64,000 bases of DNA from Schmidtea polychroa. Lineage: Eukaryota. Below are positions 55,454 through 64,000 of the stretch, piece after piece; the first letter of the stretch is position 1; every line of letters begins with the position of its first letter. A model generated the notes under the pieces. That model had not been told where the DNA came from and searched no databases. It worked only from the letters and a program-made list of their open reading frames with translations. The stretch covers positions 13,952,001-14,016,000 of the forward strand of contig CM097885.1 of the NCBI GenBank assembly GCA_044892525.1, written 5' to 3'. A program made the position numbers and the translations under genes.

Positions 55454-56092
55454 TCAACTTTGTTTTGAACTTTGTTTATATACCATGGCACCTTTTGGGT
55501 TGAAAATATCTGTTTTTACGCGTATATCATCAGGGCATTGTTGTGTGAAATCGAGAAATATATACCCATGCGGTATTTTCGTGGCATCTTGAAATGCACT
55601 GATAAGAAAATTACGGTTATTAGGGTATGCTTGTCGTCCAAGAAAATCAATGACAGTTGCATCTCTAGGATTCTTGAAAATAACTAAATATTGTACATTT
55701 AAATTACGTGTTCGATGTGCACCACCTTGATGAAATAGATTTTGTGTTATGAAAATAACTGTTACACCAACATGTCTGCTGATTTTTGTGAATAAATTAT
55801 TAAAGTCCTTTTCTTTATTGGCTTCTTGATACAAATCATCGATAATGATGACATCATCTTTCTTCAAACGACTTGACCAGTTTTTATCAAAGCCCTTTAC
55901 TATTTTCATGTTTTTCAACTGACAGAAACTTGATTGCGTCAATCCGTGTTCTTCGTCGGCGCCCCTATGCCAATAAATATTGTTGAATTTTGTTTTAAAC
56001 AAATTTGATTTTAGTAATTTACAAACAAATAAAGTTTTCCCGCTACCACTTGGACCAACGATTTGGTATACTGCATCATTTCGTAATTCCAT
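55454..56092 (-). CDS. FtsK/A32-like DNA packaging ATPase
   Basis: Walker A GPSGSGKT, Walker B IIIDD, FTKISRH...IFITQN and FKNPRD. Confidence 0.95.
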   Translation of the reverse strand: MELRNDAVYQIVGPSGSGKTLFVCKLLKSNLFKTKFNNIYWHRGADEEHGLTQSSFCQLKNMKIVKGFDKNWSSRLKKDDVIIIDDLYQEANKEKDFNNLFTKISRHVGVTVIFITQNLFHQGGAHRTRNLNVQYLVIFKNPRDATVIDFLGRQAYPNNRNFLISAFQDATKIPHGYIFLDFTQQCPDDIRVKTDIFNPKGAMVYKQSSKQS

Positions 56093-56202
56093 TTTTTAAA
56101 TTTAAACTATATAATTATTGTTTATATTGATAATTTAAATGAACTCTGTTTTTAAATACCTATATATATATATATCAAAGTTTTTAAAATTATTTCATTA
56201 AA

Positions 56203-56667
56203 ATGCTTTCAAATATAAATTACAGGGCAAAAACTGATGTATCAAAAATGGTATTTCCAATAGGGAAACCACAACAACTTATCAATAGAAGTAATAAATA
56301 TCCAATAATATATTTCAAAACTGGTAAATGTAGAATTATGGGGTGTAAGGAAATAATCAAAGCTAGTGAATATAATGTTTATGATTTAGAAATACAATCG
56401 ATAACCGTAACTTCCGATATAGGTTTTTCTTGTAATTTAAATAAATTAGCTAAATTAATACCATGCTTTTATGAACCAGAATTATTTCCAGCTTTGAGAT
56501 ATATAAAATATAACCCTATGTGTGTAAATATATTCGCTAGCGGTAAGATAGTAATTCTTGGAATAAAAAATATTGATTACAAATGTATAGTTGATAATAT
56601 CATATCTGAAATTAAATCAATAATTGAAGGAAAAGAATTTTTAGATTTTTTATTATCACTTAATTAA
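56203..56667 (+). CDS. TATA-box binding protein (TBP)-like protein encoded by the Maverick
   Basis: Two TBP repeats: LSNINYRA...IIYFKTGKCRIMGCK and IQSITVTSDIGF...LNKLA...YEPELFPAL...VNIFASGKIVILGIK. Confidence 0.88.
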   Translation: MLSNINYRAKTDVSKMVFPIGKPQQLINRSNKYPIIYFKTGKCRIMGCKEIIKASEYNVYDLEIQSITVTSDIGFSCNLNKLAKLIPCFYEPELFPALRYIKYNPMCVNIFASGKIVILGIKNIDYKCIVDNIISEIKSIIEGKEFLDFLLSLN

Positions 56668-56775
56668 TTATTTATCATTCAATTAAAACAAAAACATACT
56701 GCAATCTGATTGGATGATAAACAATAGTCATAGGTATAAAAACCCTGTACCATTTCATTTTAATCATAATTCACA

Positions 56776-57195
56776 ATGACCAAGAAAATTTCAAGCACTG
56801 AAAAACCAAAAGTAGTTCCAGAACTTGTACAACCTGTTCAAATGTTCCACAACTACAAAATGTATTTTTTAAAAGAAGAAATCAATATGAAATTGGTGTC
56901 ACCGATCAAGCTAATTCCTACCCAATTTCAATTCTTAACCGGCACGCTTTCAATGTTAGATATTAAAACCATAGATGATGTTTTCAAAAGGTTGAATACG
57001 AATCTATCATGCAATCAAAATGCATTTTTCAACAACCGATATGCAAAATTTTATGATTCCTTTGATGAAATCAGTTTCAAAGAAAACGAAAATTGGTATA
57101 TATCAATTACAATCCAAGGATATAAAGTTGATAATAATGATGTGTATTCTCCAATTTGGAAAATTATGTCTGCTAGACTTTCACAGTTATTTTAA
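56776..57195 (+). CDS. Hypothetical Maverick protein, 139 aa
   Basis: Clean ATG ORF, preceded by TATAAAA (about 56735) and a reverse CCAAT box (about 56710). Confidence 0.65.
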   Translation: MTKKISSTEKPKVVPELVQPVQMFHNYKMYFLKEEINMKLVSPIKLIPTQFQFLTGTLSMLDIKTIDDVFKRLNTNLSCNQNAFFNNRYAKFYDSFDEISFKENENWYISITIQGYKVDNNDVYSPIWKIMSARLSQLF

Positions 57196-57291
57196 TGTTG
57201 TATTTAATAAATGTATTTAGTCATATTTGTTTTCGCTTATATTCTATATTTTCTATAAACAAATATATACTATAGTTTTAAAATACTAATA

Positions 57292-57650
57292 ATGACTACA
57301 GAAAAAGGTTAATATGATTAGTTAATTATCGAATTATTTAATATTTAGAATTTATAATAAACTTTTTATTGGAAAAATTAGCAGAAATATCTGGTGTGAA
57401 AATGGCGGATATATTATCTGTTACAAACGCATTAAATATAGACTGGGTAGCAGAGAGTGAAGATTCGGAATTTGATGAAACAGATGAAGAAAACACTCAA
57501 GATGATGAGGAAAGCATTCAAGAAATTGATGAACCTATGGAGGAATTTACGGATACTGAACCGTGTGTATATAGGGATTGTATAGATCATGTTGTTGAAA
57601 ATGTTATGAACTGTGGAGATGATGAATGTGAATGTGTTAATAAATTTTAG
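57292..57650 (+). CDS. Spliced acidic protein (MTTEKEFIINFLLEKLAEISG...); intron 57308-57348
   Basis: A 41-bp GT-AG intron joins ATG 57292 in frame to ORF 57369-57650. Confidence 0.65.
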
Positions 57651-57718
57651 TGTATATTTAAAGAATAATATTTAGAATTTAGAAAGTTTTGTCTTGAATA
57701 TTTTTATCAGTAATTTTG

Positions 57719-57818
57719 TGAACAGTACCTTGTGACTTGTTGAGTGTGAGTAGTACATTTGTGTGCAGTACCCATAGGGGGACAGAATATCTTGTCGGAT
57801 AGACTCGGTGTATATATG

Positions 57819-57857
<39 letters not shown>

Positions 57858-58943
57858 CTTAGAAAATAATAATATGTAATCAACGATTTAAACAAAATTA
57901 TATTATTACGTATTCGATAATTAAAACAAAAGAATTATATAATCAATGATTTAAACAAAATTATATAATCATCGATAATTAAAACAAAATTATTAATTCT
58001 AAAAATATTAGGCATCGTTCTAAAAGTATGACGTAATCATTCTAAAAATATTAGACATCGTTCTAAAAATATTAGGCATCGTTCTAAAAATATGTGGCAT
58101 CGATTACGTAATAGTTCTAAAAATATTAGGCATCATTCTAAAAATATTTTTGAAAATAATAATAATTTTTTCATCAATCAGTGTCGGACTAAAAAATTAA
58201 TAACTTTTATACCACTAGTGATAAAAATTATTTCGATAGCTCAAAAGATTTGTCTCCGTCTGGTCTTCAAAATGATGTATAAATATTCAAATAAATTTGA
58301 AAACTCAAAAAGTTCTGGGAAGTCAAAAGGTAGGTCACCGCCAGCACAGTTAATAATATTTTTGAAAAATAATAATATGGCATCGTTCTAAAAATATGTG
58401 GCATCGATTACGTAATAGTTCTAAAAATATTAGGCATCGTTCTAAAAATAATAGGCATCGTTCTAAAATATTAGACATCGTTCTAAAATAAGAGGCATCG
58501 TTCTAAAATAAGAGGCATCGTGCTAAAAGTATGACGTAATCATTCTAAAAATATTAGGCATCGTTCTAAAAATATTAGGCATCGTTCTAAAAATATTAGA
58601 CATCGTTGGGTGAGTCATTGGGTGAGTCATTCTCTTTGTTAATAATAATGATGATGATACCTTCTATGGCTCATTCGAAAGGTCTTGGACTGAGCTTTAA
58701 GATGAGGTATCGGTCAATAAAATCTGATGGTGGGAACATTAACTTTTGGGATGAAAAAAAGTGTGAGCCCGCCAGATCACTTAATTTAAAAAAAAATTAC
58801 ATAATAGTTCTAAAAATATTAGGCATTGATTACGTAATAGTTCTAAAAATATGTGGCATCGTTCTAAAAATTTTTTTTTCCGGGGGTGGGGGGTATATAT
58901 GATGCGGGGAGCTCCTGATCTGGGGAGCTCCAATCATACTACT
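57719..58943 (-). repeat. Right TIR of the Maverick
   Basis: Mirror of the left TIR; carries an extra block at about 58150-58375. Confidence 0.9.
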
Positions 58944-61900
58944 GTATTTATTTAAAATTATTTCATAAAATTCATAAATTTCATAAAAATTCATAAAAAA
59001 CGTTCACTTTAATAAAAAAAAAATATTTAATACAATTTTAAAAGAAAAAAATTTGCCGGGAGAATATAAATGATAATAATTAGTAAGAAATCGAGAGTCG
59101 GCGGCTATAAGTGATGAGGATATATAAAATTATTTCTATTATATGAGCTACTAACGAATTAAAATATTTTAATAATGTGATAAACTTTTATTTAATAAAG
59201 TATTTAATCCCCAAATGATTATTTTATTACATAAGAAACCGTGAATTGTATTTGACAGAGTAATTATGATAAATTCATATTTTAAATTATTCTTTAAGTC
59301 CTTTAATATTAACAATTTATTATTAAATTTACTATTTTACACTAATTATTTCATTTTCAAAAACAAATATTCCAAAAGATAATTTAAGATACATTACTCT
59401 TTTTAATGAAAATGAGCACTGAAAGTTAAAAGGTACACTCGAAAACTCACTCAAATATAACCGAAAGTTATAAAACAACAAAACTAAATTCGTTTAAATA
59501 TTTTATAGCAATTGGTAGTTCTTATAATTTCCTAACTTTAATGAAGATTCTTACCACCTGAGAATAATATTGTTAATTTATCTCGGTGTTATTAAAATTA
59601 TCTTTCGACTTTACGCTTCTTACCATTTTAGAATAAGATTTTTTATCAAAATTTGTGTTAATTTGACTGATTCAATTTGATGGAGTTATTGTTAATTCGT
59701 TTTATTATATATACTCTGAGTTTATCCGACAAGATATTTTCTCCCTCTATGGGTACTGTTCACAATTGGTACTGCTCGTAAGGGTACTGGTCGTAAAGGT
59801 ACTGGTGTGTTTTATTTAGGCAAATTTTTGGTTATTATTTAGCATTAAATTCGTTGGTAATTTTTAGAGTTAGCGGGATTTTACTAACATTATTACTAAC
59901 CTTTTTGTGAATAATTGAAAGAATATTTTGAAATTTAACGTTTTAGTGTTAATTCTAAGACAAATTTAATTAATTTCTTGATAATTTGCTATATTTTATT
60001 GACTTGTTTTTAAATTTACTTTTAAATAAAAATTATTTTTAATGACAGTTAGGTTAATAATTAGAGTTTTTACAATAATCAAGTGATTATTATTTAATTT
60101 TTGTAAAATATATTGTAAAATATACTGAAATTTGTGATTTTGAAAGATATATCACGTTATAATTGCTATATAATTAACTGAATCGATGAAGAATTATGAT
60201 CAATCGATATATTTCATTTCTAGATAGGTATTTGATGGTAAATGTGGTGAAATATTTGTAGAAAATATTGATTTTAGTGAATTTTGATCTTTTAGTGGGC
60301 TCTTACTACATGAATTTAGATACTAAATTATTTCAATGGAAGGATGTCTGTAACAATTAAATAAAATTCATATTTTGAAGAATTTTCTATGGATTTTAAG
60401 AGAATTGATATATTAAAGTCGGTTGGTTAAGATGGTAATATATGATTTTTAAGGGGGTGTTTAAAATGATAGAAATATTTGGTGAGGGATCGGTTAAGGT
60501 GGAAATGTTTGAAATCTCTATTTAAATCGACAATGTTCTTATTGGTAAAATTTTAAAGGGAAATAGTCAGTATTTAGCTATGAATTAATAATAGTTCCTG
60601 TGAAATTATATCGTTTTAGAGGTTTATTAGGTTGTGATGAATGTTATTGCACAGTAATTTAGATTTATGTTTTAGAACCAGTTTTTTATTAATTATCCAC
60701 TGTTTTATTAAGTCGTTTAGGGTTAATGATCAATTTACTTGGTTTTCACAATGAAATATTTGAAATCTTTAGAATTAATTGGGATTGATATCAAAGGTTA
60801 TTGCTTTAAATTATTTACTTAAGAAGTTATTTTATTCATTGTGGGAACATTAGTGACAAAACTTGAGAAATATTGACTTAAAAGTTGGAAATCGACAACG
60901 GCTAAAGAAAATTGATCTTTATTGAAGGAATTTTATGATTTTAATTAGATTTCTAGAAATTAAATCGGTTGAATATTAAAGGTAAAATCTATTGAAGGAA
61001 TATTATTATCGGATGGATAAATGATATTTTCCTAAATTACCTTATTATATTATTATTTTAAGGACAAAATTAACCAATATTCATAAATTGATTGCACAAA
61101 ATATCCATGTTTTGGTTACTCAAACATCTTAAATTTCTCGCAAAGATATACTACGCCCAATGATCATCTAATTAAATTAGAAAATAATTGTTACTTTATA
61201 ATATATATTTCTAACTAATAAGCCCCTTAATTGGATAAATGATAACCATATTTCTATTATGACTCCTTTAATTATTTTTGCCTCAAACAAATTTACTCCA
61301 AATGATAAAGAATTTAAAATTATCAATGAATAAAGACCATGTTTTTCTCATATTATTAACTATTGTAACGAACATTAGATGAATAAATTACCTTTTGCTT
61401 TAAATGACTACAAAGTTAACCAATAAATTAGTCGCTCGACATAAGTGTAAAGTTATATTTAAAATATTCACAAATTTCTGATCATCTCACCTAAGAATTT
61501 CTAAATGATTAATATTGCGACATGTTGAATGTGACCAGTACCCTTGCTAGCAATACCCATAGGGGGACAGAATATCTTGCCGGATAAACTCGGAGTATAT
61601 GGTCTTTATTGATATATCAAAATACTGTTATTTATAAATTAACTAAAACATACTCAAAAATACTATATTATTTTACTGAATGATACCGTAAATGTTTTTA
61701 CTATACCTATTTCTAAATAAATCGACAGCTCAGACCACCAACATGTATGTATGACTACCCATTGTTAATTTATTTCCAGTGACACGTCCCTTAAAAATAC
61801 CGTGAGTGTTTTAACAAAACTGAGCTCAAAGAAACTTTCCAGATAACAACTCACCTGAATGTTTTGAACAAAAATGAGCGAAATTGAGAACAAACGATTA

Positions 61901-62239
61901 GATGGCGATTAACTTCTGGCCACAACCCTAACAACATGAAAATTAAGATTTTAATTATTGAATTCGTTGTTTTCTGCCTGGAAATACTAACAGAATATTT
62001 TTAATTCAAAGAATCTTCATTATAAATTTTTGAATTTAAAAAATTAAATTAAGGATATATTAAATTTACAATACATAATATTATAATATTATAATATTAT
62101 ATAAAATTATATAAAATTATACTATATAATAATATTAATGTTTAAATATGCTTAAATAACTAAAGTGTTTAAATATGTTTAAATAACTAAATTTAAATTA
62201 TTTAAATATAATTCTGATTTAACGTTATTTCTTTCGTTT

Positions 62240-62936
62240 TAGTATCCATAAAGTAAGTAAATAAAGAATTTACTAAAATATTTTAATTATTTTACTTAGT
62301 AATGAAGAAAATGAATTATATGATTATGAAGAAGATGAACCAGATAAAATGGTGAAACACTAAAAGACTTATGTTCTGGATTTAGAGATTTCTTATTAAA
62401 ACATGAATTATTGGATTATGAAGAAGTTGAACCAGACAAAATGGTGAAACACTAAAGGAGTTATAGTTCCGGATTTCTTAAATGAATTAGCTGATTGGGG
62501 GTGTCCTTCAACATGAATTATCAGACTTAAATTATGTAAACTTTCAACGAATGTCAAGAAAAAATGGGAAAAACCGATGTTTTATCAATTAAGTAAAGTA
62601 CTCGTCATACCTGAAGAATATTATTATTAATGTAAGATATGAATTAATTCTTTAAAATATATATATTATATTTAGGTATCTGTGTTTTATGGTGGGAAAT
62701 GACATTGAAAAAGTATACCACAAATAACAGTTGCCTAATTTATCAAGCCTGTGACGATAAAATGCTAGATAATGTAAGTTAATTGCTTTTAAATCAATAT
62801 AAATTTTAGCAATGATAGTTGACACAGCATCAGAAACTAAGAAATATGTCCAATTTGCAAGATGTATTCCAAATGGCCCGATGGAGATGATAATTTTGAG
62901 ATAGAATACCAGCAGAAGAGCGAGAAAAATTTGTAA
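62240..62936 (+). pseudogene. Multi-exon gene remnant in the outer element arm; mirror at about 39935-40610 (-)
   Basis: gtaagt...ttag short introns flank coding-like blocks (VLQHELSDLNYVNFQRMSRK; YLCFMVGNDI; CLIYQACDDKMLDN). Frames are disrupted. Confidence 0.4.
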
Positions 62937-64000
62937 ATTAAATATAATAGGGTTGGGTGGGTCCTCTTTATCCCTTAATTAATATATATTTACAAGCTGA
63001 TCGTCGTGGTGGGCGGTTGTAATCCAACTAGTGGGAGGCCTCTGTAAATATATATTTGTGTTAGTGAAAACATTAATTAATTTGGTTATAGTGCCAATGA
63101 CGCATGTATTTTGAAATTATACGTTTCGAATGTGCTGGTAGTTGACTACCCATGCTAGGCGTAATGTTCCGTACGGAAAGCTATAATGCCCAGGTTCTTC
63201 TGACCCCACTTGGGGAGGCACAGACGACCCTTGTGGACGCGAACAAATATCCACCGTGTCTTTCAGGCACAGATATTTGGTCACTGCTCATTAGGCCTGG
63301 CAATACTAAACGCATAAACTTTGCCTTGTCTTCTCTTGTCTTGATTTTTTTTCGTTTAAATATTAAAGTATTATTTACTAACCTTAATTAATATACCCTT
63401 GCGATATGTTGAGTGTGGGTAGTACCTTTGTGACCATTACCCATAGGGGGACAGAATATTTGGTCGGATAGGCTAGGAGTATATTCACCCATGTTAAACA
63501 AGGTATGTGTATATAGAATGTATGTATAAAATTATCGCTCCTTATTGACAACTTCCTGTAAAGGCAAACACAGAATACTGCAAACATAATAATACTCTAC
63601 GCCATAACTTAGTATGTAAAAATTATTTAAGGTTTTTTCACTAATAATAATAATAATAATAATTGTTAATGGGTTGTGTGTGTGTGTAAAAAATATTTGA
63701 GGTTTTCACTAATATTGATAATAATAATGGTTTATGAGTGTTTTTATGTTTTTGACTAATATTTGCAATAATAATAATGGTTAATGGGTTGTGTGTGTGT
63801 GTGTGTAGAAAATATTTTAGGTTTTCACTAATATTGATAATAATAATTGTTAATGGGTTGTGCGTGTGTAAAAAAAAAATTTTAAGTTTTTGACTAGTAT
63901 TTGCAATAATAATAATATTGATAATAATAATTGTTAATTGGTTGTGTGTGTGTTTTTATGTTTTTGACTAATATTTGCAATAATAATAATAATAATAATA

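Larger units (their letters stand above)
42720..58943. mobile_element. Full-length Maverick/Polinton (adintovirus-like endogenous virus), 16.2 kb
   Basis: AGTAGT...ACTACT termini, 6-bp TSD GTATTT (42714-42719, 58944-58949), about 1.2-kb TIRs, and pPolB, INT, ATPase, PRO, MCP and mCP genes. Confidence 0.97.
37497..64000. mobile_element. Outer Maverick-related fold-back element (right end outside the window), interrupted by the inner Maverick
   Basis: Begins AGTAGTATGATTGG and has the same TIR repeats as the inner element. 38900-42587 is mirrored by 59524-64000. No core viral genes are visible. Confidence 0.75.

Overview
AT-rich eukaryotic DNA with very short (36-47 bp) GT-AG introns, which suggests an invertebrate such as a flatworm (inference). 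The left part (1-35245) is a large inverted duplication: arm 1 is 1-14404, the spacer is 14405-19013, and arm 2 is 19014-35245. Each arm carries an apparently intact spliced TRAF gene (RING, Zn finger, coiled coil, MATH), part of a spliced coiled-coil gene, a frameshifted Tigger/pogo transposon, a decayed hAT transposase with a nested hAT MITE, and a TIR-bounded MITE. Only arm 2 has a solo-LTR insertion; a second related solo LTR lies at 35404-36962. The right part holds a full-length 16.2-kb Maverick/Polinton (adintovirus-like; 42720-58943) with AGTAGT...ACTACT ends, about 1.2-kb TIRs and a 6-bp TSD GTATTT. It encodes pPolB (frameshifted near its C-terminus), an adenain-like protease, major and minor capsid proteins, two core-like proteins, a chromodomain integrase, a packaging ATPase and, unusually, a TATA-binding-protein (TBP) homolog. 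Several of its genes contain host-type introns. It sits in the central spacer of a second, related, fold-back Maverick-ended element that starts at 37497, has arms over 5 kb long, and ends beyond the window. All calls come from reading the sequence by eye; no searches were run.
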